Part shown: positions 44,331 through 54,205 of the stretch, piece after piece
Layout of the letters: every line of letters starts with the position of its first letter
Position numbering within the stretch: position 1 is the stretch's first letter
DNA from: an uncultured Planctomycetaceae bacterium
Lineage (GTDB): Bacteria; Planctomycetota; Planctomycetia; Isosphaerales; Isosphaeraceae
Assembly: GCA_963833985.1 (NCBI GenBank)
Contig: CAWIAD010000002.1
Coordinates: 6,400,001 to 6,464,000 of the forward strand
Direction of reading: 5' to 3'
Length of the DNA stretch: 64,000 nt
Position numbers and translations under genes: made by a program
The notes under the pieces: generated by a model
What the model saw: only the letters and a program-made list of their open reading frames with translations
What the model was told of the DNA's origin: nothing
Database searches by the model: none

Positions 44331-44572
44331 GTCCTCTCCTAAAACGGGTGCTCCACAGCAGCGGAAATCGTTTCGCCGGGTCTCGGCAAGAGGTGCCGCG
44401 GGTTACGGCGATGTGGGACAGGAGGCTTCCAGAGGATAACTTCATGGACTGGCCAGCAAATTGCTCAATATGAGAGAATCGCCGTCAGACCAGGCAAGCA
44501 GGCCGGGATGATCTGCCGGCTCGCCCATGGGTGGCCCACTCTTTCGTCTCGGGGATAGCAGGTTGGAGAGGA

Positions 44573-45544
44573 TCACTGCCCGGTCAACCGGGGCGTGTTA
44601 AGGCGCCGGCCAATTTCCTTGTCGTACCAGGCTATCGTCTCGCTGAGGCCGTCGCGCAGGCTCGTCGTCGCCTCAAAACCGAATGCTTTCTTCGCCCGGG
44701 TCGTGTCGAGACAGCGGCGCGGCTGGCCGTCCGGCTTGGACGTGTCCCAGCGGATGGTTCCCTTGAAGTCACACAGCGCACAGATCGTCTCGGCCAGTTC
44801 ACCGATGGACACTTCGACTCCCGAGCCAATGTTCACCGGATCCGGGTCGTTGTAGAATTCGGTGGCCAGGGCGATGCCCCGGGCTGCGTCGGCGACGTAG
44901 AGGAACTCGCGCGACGCCCTGCCTGTTCCCCAGACGTCGATGAGTTCCTGGCCGGCATCGCGCACCGTGATCGCCTTGCGCACCAGAGCCGGGATAACAT
45001 GGCTCGTGTCTGCGTCGAAGTTGTCGCGCGGACCGTAGAGGTTGACCGGCAGCAAGGTGATTGCGTTGAGATCGTACTGCTTGCGGTAAGCCTGAGCCTG
45101 CACCATGAGCATCTTCTTTGCCAGGCCATAAGGTGCGTTGGTCTCCTCGGGGTAGCCCATCCAGAGGTCGTCTTCCTTGAAGGGCACCGGGGTGTGCTTG
45201 GGGTAGGAGCAAATGCTGCCTATGCCGACGAATTTCGCAACTCCATGGAGCCGGGCCTCTTCCATGAGCTGGATGCCCATGATGGCGTTGTCGTAGAAGT
45301 AGAGGCCGGGGTTGACCATGTTGGCGCCAATGCCGCCGACAACCGCGGCCAGGTGGATGACGATGTCGGGCTGGGCGACCTGAAAGAGGCGGCGGATTGC
45401 GGTTCGGTGGCGGAGGTCGTACTCGATGCTGCGGGGAATGAAGACGTTGGCCGGCTCGTAGCTTTTCAGCTCGTGGCAGAGCGCCTGTCCGAGAAAGCCG
45501 GCCCCGCCGGTGACAACGAGGCGACGCCCCTTGATGAAACTCAT
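44573..45544 (-). CDS. fcl: GDP-L-fucose synthase
   Basis: [61 protein letters not shown]. Confidence 0.93.
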   Translation of the reverse strand: MSFIKGRRLVVTGGAGFLGQALCHELKSYEPANVFIPRSIEYDLRHRTAIRRLFQVAQPDIVIHLAAVVGGIGANMVNPGLYFYDNAIMGIQLMEEARLHGVAKFVGIGSICSYPKHTPVPFKEDDLWMGYPEETNAPYGLAKKMLMVQAQAYRKQYDLNAITLLPVNLYGPRDNFDADTSHVIPALVRKAITVRDAGQELIDVWGTGRASREFLYVADAARGIALATEFYNDPDPVNIGSGVEVSIGELAETICALCDFKGTIRWDTSKPDGQPRRCLDTTRAKKAFGFEATTSLRDGLSETIAWYDKEIGRRLNTPRLTGQ

Positions 45545-45974
45545 GCGTCGATTCCTGAACCAGGAGCGCGAATCAGAGCGCGACGGTGTGTCGGTTGAGG
45601 AGGGGTGGAGGGGAAAGCGTCCCCTTGCGAGATTATACTCCAAATGTAGAACAGAACAGAAGAGAACTCCAAGATCCATTCAGTAGCGATAGAGACGAGC
45701 CTGGCGAGAGCATTATCCACAACTTGGTCCCGTTCTGTCTCGCGGTTCCGTTGCGCTTTCGAGTTTTCGAAATTCTTGGCCTGACTTTTGCCGTCCGGCG
45801 GGCTTCATGCCTTGAGTGTGGATTTATTTCCGATTCTTCGTTCCATTCATTCTTCGGCGACTCTGTGGTCTGGCTCGTCCTGCCCGAGGGAGTCAGGGGC
45901 TTTGGTGCTTCAGGCGGCTCCGGGTATACTAGGGTTCCCATGAACCACCTCGAAGGACCCCTGGCCTGGCTTCC

Positions 45975-47351
45975 ATGAATCTCCCACCGATTGCTCGCGT
46001 CCGCCGCCAGTTTGATCAGCCCGAGGTTGCCGACGTCGCCGCCGAGATCACCCGCGCCGTTCGCTCCAGCCACCTGGCAACGCGCGTGCTTGCCGGCGGG
46101 CGGGTTGCCATCACGGTGGGTAGCCGGGGCATTGCCGGGGTGGCCGCCATCGTGCGGGCCACGGTGGATGCCGTGCGCGGCCTGGGCTTCCAGCCGTTCG
46201 TCGTGGCGGCCATGGGCTCGCACGGCGGCGGCACGGCGGAAGGCCAGCGCGCGCTGCTGGCCGAGTTCGGCGTGGATGAGCGCTCGGCCGGGTGCCCGGT
46301 GCGCTGCGAGATGGAAACCGTGGTCCTGGGTACGAACTCGTTCGGGCTGCCCATCCATTTCGACCAGAACGCCTTCGACGCCGACGGCATCATCCTCCTG
46401 AACCGGATCAAGCCGCACACCTCGTTCACTGGCTCATACGAGAGCGGCCTGCTGAAGATGCTCACCATCGGCCTGGGCAAGCGCGAGGGTGCCGCGCAAG
46501 TGCACAAGCTGGGGCTGCCCGGCCTCAAGACCATGCTTCCGAAGGTCGGCGCGTTCCTGCTCCGGCGCACGCCGGTGGCCTTGGGGATCGGCATCCTGGA
46601 GAATGCGTCCGAGCACACCGCGCGGATCGTCGCCGTCGAGCCCGAGGAGTTGCTGGAGGTCGAGCCTCATTTGCTTGACGAGGCGCGCGCGCTCATGGGA
46701 CGGCTGCCGTTCGACCAGATTGACGTTCTGATCGTGGGCGAGCTTGGCAAGAACTACAGCGGAACCGGGCTGGACCCGAACGTGATCGGCCGGCAGCGGG
46801 TGGAAACCATGCCCGATCTTCCCCGGCCCGTGATCACGCGCCTCGCGGTGCTCGATCTCTCGGCCGAGACCCGCGGCAATGCGCTGGGCGTGGGGCTGGC
46901 CGATCTGACCACTCAGCGTGTCGTCGACGCGATTGATCCGGTGCCCATGCGGGTCAACAGCCTGACCAGCAATTTCCTGACCCGGGCGCGCGTGCCGCTG
47001 GCGCTGGCGACCGACCGCGACGTGATCACATCCTGCCTGGAGACCTGCTGGCGGATCGACCCTGCCGAGGCCCGGCTGGTGATCGTGCCGAATACGCTGG
47101 AGCTCACCACGCTCTGGGTCACACAGCCGCTGGCCGCCGAGGTGGAGGCGCACCCCGAGCTGACTTTCGAGACCGATTTTCGTCCCCTTCCCCTGAACGC
47201 ATCGGGAACGCTCGAGCAGGAGCAGCTCTTCCCGGACAGCGTGCGCGGCCGCCGGCAGCGCCCGTCCCGCGGCGCGGTCAACGGCATGGCCGCCGATCGG
47301 CCGGGCATCATCGAGGCGCGGACCGCGGAGCGCGTGCCGTACCCCTGGTAG
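45975..47351 (+). CDS. LarA-like N-terminal domain (DUF2088/DUF362-type) protein
   Basis: VAITVGSRGI, AMGSHGGGTAEGQ, NRIKPHTSF, ESGLLKMLTIGLGK, GKNYSGTGLDPNVIGR. Confidence 0.8.
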   Translation: MNLPPIARVRRQFDQPEVADVAAEITRAVRSSHLATRVLAGGRVAITVGSRGIAGVAAIVRATVDAVRGLGFQPFVVAAMGSHGGGTAEGQRALLAEFGVDERSAGCPVRCEMETVVLGTNSFGLPIHFDQNAFDADGIILLNRIKPHTSFTGSYESGLLKMLTIGLGKREGAAQVHKLGLPGLKTMLPKVGAFLLRRTPVALGIGILENASEHTARIVAVEPEELLEVEPHLLDEARALMGRLPFDQIDVLIVGELGKNYSGTGLDPNVIGRQRVETMPDLPRPVITRLAVLDLSAETRGNALGVGLADLTTQRVVDAIDPVPMRVNSLTSNFLTRARVPLALATDRDVITSCLETCWRIDPAEARLVIVPNTLELTTLWVTQPLAAEVEAHPELTFETDFRPLPLNASGTLEQEQLFPDSVRGRRQRPSRGAVNGMAADRPGIIEARTAERVPYPW

Positions 47352-47355
47352 CGAG

Positions 47356-48057
47356 GTGCTCAAGTTGGCGATTTCCGAGACGATTGCCGCCGTGGTCTTC
47401 GACCTCGACGGACTGATGTTCGACACCGAGGCCCTGTTCTTCCGGGTCTCTTCCGACATGCTGGAGGCGCGGGGCCGGAGCTTCACGCCGCAGATCATGC
47501 GCGCCATGATCGGCCGGCGCTCGGTCGACGCCGCTCACGTGCTCAAGACCATGACCGGGCTCGACGAGCCGCTCGAGGTCCTGCTCGCGGACGTCCGGCA
47601 GCGGTTCAACGCCGAGATCGACACCGCCGTGCACCCCACGCCGGGGCTGATCCGCCTGCTCGACCGCCTGCACCAGCACCGCCTGCCGTTGGCCGTGGCC
47701 ACCTCGTCGCGGCGGGCCTACGCCGAGCAGCTACTGGCGCGGCACCGTCTGCTCGAGCGGTTCTCGTTCATCCTGGGCGCCGAGGACGTGACCCGTGGCA
47801 AGCCCGACCCGGAGATCTACGCCACCGCCGTGCAGCGGTTCGGCGTTCCCGCACGTACAGTCCTGGTGCTGGAAGATAGCCCGGCGGGTGTGGAGGCTGG
47901 CGTGCAGGCCGGCACGGTGGTCGCTGCCATTCCGCACGAGCACAGCCCGGAGACTGGCCTGCACGCCGCGCACCTGGTCGTCCCGCGCCTGGACGACCCG
48001 GCGATCTTGCGGCTGTTCGAGCCACGCATCTCCGATGTGGGCAGGGCCTCGTCATGA
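47356..48057 (+). CDS. HAD family phosphatase
   Basis: FDLDGLMFDTE, ATSS, GKPDPEIY, LEDSPAG. Confidence 0.92.
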   Translation: MLKLAISETIAAVVFDLDGLMFDTEALFFRVSSDMLEARGRSFTPQIMRAMIGRRSVDAAHVLKTMTGLDEPLEVLLADVRQRFNAEIDTAVHPTPGLIRLLDRLHQHRLPLAVATSSRRAYAEQLLARHRLLERFSFILGAEDVTRGKPDPEIYATAVQRFGVPARTVLVLEDSPAGVEAGVQAGTVVAAIPHEHSPETGLHAAHLVVPRLDDPAILRLFEPRISDVGRASS

Positions 48058-48779
48058 CATCGACCGGGCCGCAGCCGCTGGAGCCGCAGATCCGGCCTTC
48101 TGAACAGGGCCGCATTGATGCCGGATGGCGGGCGATGGTGCCCTACCTGGCTCCCATGCTGGTGTTCCTGGTCCTGACCAGCCTGGAACGCTACGTGCCC
48201 GCCCCGACGTGGTATCCGCTCGCCTATAGCCTGAAGATCGTTCTGGTCACCCTGGCCGCCTGGGCAAGCCGTTCCACATGGTCCGACCTGCGTCCTGTTC
48301 CGCCGTTTGGAATGCTGCTGGCCGGTGTTGTGACCGGGTTGATCGTCTTTGTGCTCTGGGTCGGGCTTGAAGGCTGGTATCCGGAGCTTGGCTTCCTGGG
48401 CAAGCGCACCGGATTTGATCCCTCGACGTTGAGCCCGCGCTGGAAGTGGCCGTTCCTCGCGGTCCGCATGGCGGGCCTGGTGCTACTGGTCCCGCTCATC
48501 GAGGAGCTGTTCTGGCGGTCGTTCTTGATGCGCTGGGTGATCGATTCGGATTTCTGGAAGGTGCCTGTCGGCCAGGTGACGCCGCTGGCCGCGGGGGTCA
48601 CTTCGGTGGCCTTCGCGCTCTCGCACCCCGAATGGCTTCCCGCGCTGCTGACCGGCCTGCTCTGGGCGTGGCTGCTCTGGCAAACGCGCTCTCTGCTGGC
48701 GTGCCTGCTGAGCCACGCCGTGGCCAACCTGGCGCTCGGTATGTATGTGCTGGCTACGGGAGCGTGGAAATACTGGTGA
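48054..48779 (+). CDS. CAAX prenyl protease-related protein (PEP-CTERM-associated type)
   Basis: PLIEELFWRSFLMR, FALSH, SHAVANLALG..V...G.W.YW. Confidence 0.85.
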   Translation: MTSTGPQPLEPQIRPSEQGRIDAGWRAMVPYLAPMLVFLVLTSLERYVPAPTWYPLAYSLKIVLVTLAAWASRSTWSDLRPVPPFGMLLAGVVTGLIVFVLWVGLEGWYPELGFLGKRTGFDPSTLSPRWKWPFLAVRMAGLVLLVPLIEELFWRSFLMRWVIDSDFWKVPVGQVTPLAAGVTSVAFALSHPEWLPALLTGLLWAWLLWQTRSLLACLLSHAVANLALGMYVLATGAWKYW

Positions 48780-48860
48780 GGAGCACATCGCAGCAGCGGT
48801 GGGCCTGAAGCAACGTCTGCTGGAAGGGTCCGTTGCTCGGGACTGGCGCGGATCGGCCCC

Positions 48861-49313
48861 TCATGGATGCTGCCATTGCCCGGGCGCGGACGAGCCGGCT
48901 CCCGCATCGAGACGACGTATCAAGCTCTTGAATTGCTCCGCGGAGCTTGTCGCCTGAAATGCCAGCCCCGCCTCATACATCCCGCTCGTGGTCGGCTTGA
49001 CCCGCAGGATCTTCATGGCGTACCAGCGCGTCTGCACGGGCTTGACAAGCTGGACCAGGACATCCTCGTGACCTGGCATTTCGTGCAGGGCGATCAACGC
49101 ACCTCCCTGGCTGAGATTCAGGATCCGTGCGTCGATCTTGTGAATCGTCTCGCCAGCCCACCAGCCCATGAAAGCCTCGTTCGGCGCAGTGGGATAGCGA
49201 GGGTGCGCGCGGCGATCCACGCGGGCGATGGGTGAACCATCGCCAGTGACTGATTCCACTTCCGGGGGATCGAGTGAATTCGAGACCTTGAACGAGTGGT
49301 TCGAGATGAACAT
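48861..49313 (-). CDS. PilZ domain protein
   Basis: RRAHPR (RxxxR) and NLSQGG (D/NxSxxG) motifs. Confidence 0.8.
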   Translation of the reverse strand: MFISNHSFKVSNSLDPPEVESVTGDGSPIARVDRRAHPRYPTAPNEAFMGWWAGETIHKIDARILNLSQGGALIALHEMPGHEDVLVQLVKPVQTRWYAMKILRVKPTTSGMYEAGLAFQATSSAEQFKSLIRRLDAGAGSSAPGQWQHP

Positions 49314-50646
49314 GACCTTGCCGCTCCTGAGGTGTCAGTGACGGAAACCGCGGCCAGCCGAAGCCGAGGGACTCCGTAAGCTCCGGCCTCGTGGGTCCGG
49401 CCTCGTGGGACAAGATTCCAGTGCGCCGTGGAAAGGTGTTGGTCTTCAGTGGGTGTAACTCCCACCCGGCAACTGGGTCGCTCCAGCCGGTAGCTATCGG
49501 AGCGGCGGTGGAGGAGACGAAACCGTCGGAGCCTTCGAGACAGATGTGTCGCTTGGCGATGCAGCGAACCGACAGGCCGTAACGCGAGTGAACGTTGAGC
49601 AGGCCTCGAAAAGTCCAATGTGGTCGCCGACCTTGCTGGAATATGGGGAAGGCCGCCGTCGCTGGGGATGAAAGGGAAACGGTTGGAATAGGCCGCCCCA
49701 CGAGCGATCAGAACCCAGCGGGCCACCGGGGTATTGACGACGGCATGTCGGCACACGGAGATCAACACAACACGGGAAACCCCAAGCGGTGAGGGCGCGT
49801 GACCCTCAACCGGACGCCCGCGAGGGACCGGCCGGGCTGCCTGGGGTGGCGGAGAGGCCCGTAGTACCGTCGACGCCGGGTAACTCCGGTCGAGGGAAGG
49901 GGCCTTGGTTCAAGGTCAACGCAACAAGCGGCAGACAGCCGGGAGATTGGCGTGAGTCTATCACCTCCACTGAAGGTCGGGAAGTTGCAGACGGCGTTGC
50001 ACACCAAAGCGAAGAACGCGCCCAACTATCGGTTCTACGTCCTGTACGACAAGATTTATCGACGTGACGTTCTGGGATTCGCCTACGAACGCTGCCGTGC
50101 CAACGGCGGCGCGCCGGGGATCGACGGCCAGAGTTTCGCCGACATCGAGGCGTCCGGGAAGGAACGATGGCTGGACGAACTGGCGGAACAACTTCGTAAG
50201 GAGACGTATCAACCCCAGGCGGTGCGGCGCGTGTACATCCCCAAAGGGGACGGCAAGCAAAGGCCGCTGGGCATTCCTTGCATCAAGGATCGTGTGGTGC
50301 AGATGGCTGCGGTGCTGGTCTTGGAGCCGATCTTCGAGGCCGACCTGGAGCCGGAACAACACGCCTACCGCCCGGAGCGCAGCGCCCTGGACGCCGTCCG
50401 CGAAGTCGAACGGCTGCTCAAGACGGGGCACACCGAGGTGGTGGACGCGGACTTATCTGGATATTTCGATAGCATACCCCATTCCGAGTTAATGAAATCG
50501 GCGTCACGGCGCATCAGCGACGGTCGCGTCCTGCGGCTGATCAAGATGTGGCTGGAAACACCGGTGGAAGAAACCGACGGGAAGGGGCAGCGCCATCGAA
50601 CGACCCGGAATAAAGACCAGGGGATGGGTACACCGCAAGGTGCACC

Positions 50647-52665
50647 GATCACGCCCCCAACAATGTTGCAAAATCGTCCCTGATTCCTGACTCTGTCATT
50701 TCCAGATCGCGGCTTCGACCGAAGTACGGGCACGGATGGCAGCCCCGACTCGATCCCGATCCAAGGCAGGCTGGCGGCCGCGCTCTCGGAGAGGAGGAGT
50801 CGACATGATCACGTCCCCACGGAGGCCCACGTTCAGTCCTCCTGTCACCCGCCACTTCGAGTTCACTCGGCTTCAGGAGCAATTGATCGCGCGTGCATAT
50901 CAGGTCTTGATCCCGGTCGTTTCGCAGCGCCTGGATCGGCCGCGACCCAGCCGCAACCACGCGACTGTGGTCCACACTATCCAGTCCAAGGTCGGGGGGG
51001 TTTGACAAACCATGATCACGGACAATCTCCGCGTGGCGCTCTACGCCCGGGTTTCGGGGGAGCAGCAGGAGAAGGAGGACACGATCGCCAGCCAGCTCGA
51101 GGCGGTCACTCAGCGGATCGCCACTGATGGCTTGGAATGCGAGCCCGAACTGCACTTCGTGGACGACGGCGTCAGCGGTTACATCCTGGCCCGACCGGCA
51201 CTCGAGCGACTTCGGGACCAAGCCGCCGCTGGAGCCATCGACCGCCTCTATATGCTCGATCCGGATCGACTTTCACGCAAGTATGCCTATCAGGTCTTGA
51301 TCCTTGAGGAACTTATCCGGTGCGGTGTCGAGGTCGTCTTCTTGCGCAACCCCGTCGGCCGCAGTCCGGAAGCCGACCTGCTGCTTCAGGTCCAGGGAAT
51401 GATCGCGGAATACGAGCGCGCCAAGATCATGGAGCGTTGCCGCAGGGGCAAGCAACACGCCGCCCGCCGCGGTTCGGTCAACGTCCTCAGCGGCGCACCG
51501 TACGGCTACCGTTACATCGGCAAGCACGAGGGAGGTGGCGAGGCGCGTTATCAGGTCCTCGCTGAAGAGTCCCGGGTCGTGCGGAAGATCTTCGAATGGG
51601 TGGGTCAGGAACGGTGCTCGATCGGCGAGGTGTGCCGACGCCTCCGGCGCGACAGTATCCCGACGCGGACCGGGAAATCGGCCTGGGATCGCGCGACGGT
51701 CTGGTTGATCCTCAAGAACCCTGCCTACAAGGGGACCGCGGCCTTCGGCAAGACGCGCTCAGGTGAGTTCAAACCTCAACGCCTCCGCCCGCAGCGAGGC
51801 CGCCCCGAACACTCCCGGCGACCGGTCTCACGGGTTGATACATCCTCGGAAGATCAAATCTTCATTGAAGTCCCCGGGCTGGTGAGCGAAGACCTCTTCC
51901 TGGCTGTCCAGGCCCAGCTTGAAGAGAACCGGCAACGCCGTCGCGACCGGCCCGGCGGTGGCCGATATCTGCTCCAGGGCCTGGTCGTCTGCAAGCGCTG
52001 CGGCTACGGCTGCTACGGCAAGCCGACGAGCCGAGCCGCGTTCGAGGGCAAGGGTAGGGTCCGCTACGCGTACTACCGTTGCACGGGCTCTGACGCCTAT
52101 CGTTTCGGCGGGCAGCGCCTCTGCTGGAACAAGCAGATCCGCACCGATATCCTTGACGCTGCCGTCTGGGAGGACTTACGAGGTCTCCTGTCCGAGCCGG
52201 AGCGGGTCCGGGAGGAGTACGAGCGGCGGCTGCAGGGTGCCCAGGGCGGGCCGAATCAGGAGGTGGAGCATCTCGGCAAATTGATAAATAATGTGAAAAA
52301 GATGATTTCTCGATTAATCGATGCTTACGGCGACGGGTTGCTCGACAAATCGGAGTTCGAGCCCCGGATCTCGGCGGCAAGGACGCGCCTCTCGAGATTG
52401 GCGGAGGAGCATCGACAACGAATCGGCGAGGCCGCCCAAGAGGCGGAATTGCGACTGGTGATCGGTCAGTTGGAGGAGTTCGCACGTCGCGTCTCGCAAG
52501 GGTTGCAAGAGCCGGACTGGGCCACGCGACGGGAGGTGGTTCGGGCCTTGGTGAAGAAGGTCGAGATCGACGAGCAGGAGGTCCGCATCGTGTATCGGGT
52601 CAGTCCGTCCCCTTTTGAGAAAGGCCCCCAACAACGTAGTTCGCAACATTGTTGGGGGCGTGATC
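50647..52665 (+). mobile_element. 2.0-kb serine-recombinase integrative element with 23-bp perfect inverted ends
   Basis: GATCACGCCCCCAACAATGTTGC (50647-50669) and GCAACATTGTTGGGGGCGTGATC (52643-52665); GATC is present at both junctions. Confidence 0.92.
50805..51005 (+). CDS. Small (66 aa) accessory protein of the recombinase element
   Basis: Strong RBS GAGGAGGAG; 'FEFTRLQEQLIARAYQVLIP'; ends 6 nt before the recombinase ATG. Confidence 0.7.
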   Translation: MITSPRRPTFSPPVTRHFEFTRLQEQLIARAYQVLIPVVSQRLDRPRPSRNHATVVHTIQSKVGGV

Positions 52666-52886
52666 TCACCATTGTTGTCCAACATCTACATGCGACGATT
52701 TGTGAAGGGATGGAAGACTGGTGGACACGAGCGGCGTCTGGTCGCGCGAATCGTCAACTATGCGGACGACTTCGTCATCTGCTGTCGCGGCACGGCCGAA
52801 GAGGCCATGACGGTGATGCGGAAGATGATGTCCAGGCTGAAGTTAACGGTGAACGAGACCAAGACGCGGCTGTGCCACCTGCCTGA
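51012..52886 (+). CDS. Large serine recombinase (resolvase, recombinase, Zn ribbon and coiled-coil domains)
   Basis: ALYARVS (catalytic Ser), DDGVSG..L.RPALERL, DRLSR, APYGY, ILKNPAYKG, YLLQGLVVCKRCG...YYRC. Confidence 0.95.
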   Translation: MITDNLRVALYARVSGEQQEKEDTIASQLEAVTQRIATDGLECEPELHFVDDGVSGYILARPALERLRDQAAAGAIDRLYMLDPDRLSRKYAYQVLILEELIRCGVEVVFLRNPVGRSPEADLLLQVQGMIAEYERAKIMERCRRGKQHAARRGSVNVLSGAPYGYRYIGKHEGGGEARYQVLAEESRVVRKIFEWVGQERCSIGEVCRRLRRDSIPTRTGKSAWDRATVWLILKNPAYKGTAAFGKTRSGEFKPQRLRPQRGRPEHSRRPVSRVDTSSEDQIFIEVPGLVSEDLFLAVQAQLEENRQRRRDRPGGGRYLLQGLVVCKRCGYGCYGKPTSRAAFEGKGRVRYAYYRCTGSDAYRFGGQRLCWNKQIRTDILDAAVWEDLRGLLSEPERVREEYERRLQGAQGGPNQEVEHLGKLINNVKKMISRLIDAYGDGLLDKSEFEPRISAARTRLSRLAEEHRQRIGEAAQEAELRLVIGQLEEFARRVSQGLQEPDWATRREVVRALVKKVEIDEQEVRIVYRVSPSPFEKGPQQRSSQHCWGRDLTIVVQHLHATICEGMEDWWTRAASGRANRQLCGRLRHLLSRHGRRGHDGDAEDDVQAEVNGERDQDAAVPPA

Positions 52887-54205
52887 GGAGACGTTCGACT
52901 TTCTGGGTTATACCCTCGGCCGGAACTACGACCGACGAACGGGCCGATCCTACATAGGGTCACGCCCATCGCGGAAGAAGATCATTCGGCTGTGCAGCGA
53001 GATCAGTGCGATGACGACGCGCCAGACCACTGGACAGGACGTCGAGATGCAGATTGGTCGGATCAATCGCAAGTTACGCGGTTGGTCCAACTATTTTCGC
53101 ATCGGAACGGTGAGCCCAGCCTATCGCCAAGTCAACCACCACGTCCGCTACCGGGTACGTCAGTGGTTGTGTGCGAAGTTCAAGGTGCCGGGTCAGGGGC
53201 TCAGACGCTACCCTGACAGATACCTGCACCAGGAGTTGCATCTTTACCAGCTGCAACGAACCTAGCCGCGATGGTTTCGTGAGCGAACGTGTGAACTCAA
53301 CCGATGAGACAAGCCTTGTCCGAAAGCTGGATGCGGGAAAACCGCCCGTCCAGTTTGATGAGCGGGGTGTGGAAACGAGGCCCAGCCGAGCCATCGACTC
53401 GAGCCCACCGCGCCACACCTCGACTCTACGTCTTGTCACTTAAATAGATAATTGTACTTAAATCTGAAGAGACAAGATGGGAATCTTGTTCCGCGAGAGA
53501 GGCTCAAGAGTCAACGGCCGAGGCTCGGCGGCGTCACGTCAGCCAGTTCCAATGTTGTCATCTTCTTGTTCCGCATACCCGGCCACGACCATCAGCCTCT
53601 GATTGTCCCCCCTTGCCCTTGTGGGACAGGCTCCGATCAAGCGGTTTCCCTCATCATGACACTACTTCAAAACGAGGAGATTGACGAATCGCCGGGGCTC
53701 AACCGCGGGTTGAAAAGATCAACGCGGGGGACTTGTCGGTGTACGCCGCTTCATCGGATTGGGCGCTGAATACGGCCCTGAGGAAGGCCGGGTGCGCGAG
53801 CGGCGTGTCGGTTCGTCAGTGACTTTTTGTCTCGATCCTGGCAAAGGGAGCGCCGGGAAAGGCGAGGTCCAGCAAAGCGTTCGGGTTCGGGAATCGGCTC
53901 GCAGAGTGTGATCGCCTCATGCGGCGTCCCGGCTGCGTCGGCAGGGACGGCGGCCAGGCACCCGGCCGGTTTCTCCGCGAAAACCGGCAGTGACAACGAA
54001 AGCCGCATCATCCCCACAAATGACAAGGTCTTCGCTTGCAAAGCCTGGATTCATTCGGCACGATGGATTGCCAGGCAAATCAGCACTCAAGGGAAAGACG
54101 CCTGCGGCGCTCGCCGTTTGTGTACTTGAGATACGCGTCACGCCCGGTGCAAGAAGGCATTCGCAGCTTCCGCTCGACCGGGATTCCGCTTCGTGGGAGG
54201 GCTTC

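Larger units (their letters stand above)
49952..53265 (+). pseudogene. ltrA: Group II intron RT/maturase, split (49952-50650 + 52666-53265; 432 aa when rejoined)
   Basis: GAPGIDG, RRVYIPK, RPLGIP, DADLSGYFDSI, GTPQGAPI | SPLLSNIYM, YADD, FDFLGY, domain X LRGWSNYF. Confidence 0.93.
49421..53429 (+). mobile_element. Group II intron (endonuclease-less RT type)
   Basis: 5' GTGCG at 49421; domain V GAAAGCTGGATGCGGGAAAACCGCCCGTCCAGTTT from 53322; domain VI ending CTCTAC at 53429; RT ORF inside. Confidence 0.93.
49402..53497. repeat. REP doublet interrupted by the group II intron (arms 49402-49420 + 53430-53437 and 53471-53497)
   Basis: The rejoined left arm CTCGTGGGACAAGATTCCA|GTCTTGTC matches the reverse complement of 53471-53497 at 23/27 positions. 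Confidence 0.8.

Noticed and set aside
45975..47351. Functional link between the LarA-like gene and the nickel transporter
   Set aside because: They are about 38 kb apart and no larBCE genes are in the window.
49952..53265. RT as a retron, DGR or defence RT, or as an RT-recombinase fusion
   Set aside because: Intron 5' end, domains V and VI and domain X are all present, and the recombinase overlaps the RT in a different frame.
53500..54200. Possible ncRNA or small genes in long intergenic gaps (also 26900-27400, 34080-34600, 61150-61650)
   Set aside because: No recognisable RNA family or convincing ORF by eye; a covariance-model search would be needed.
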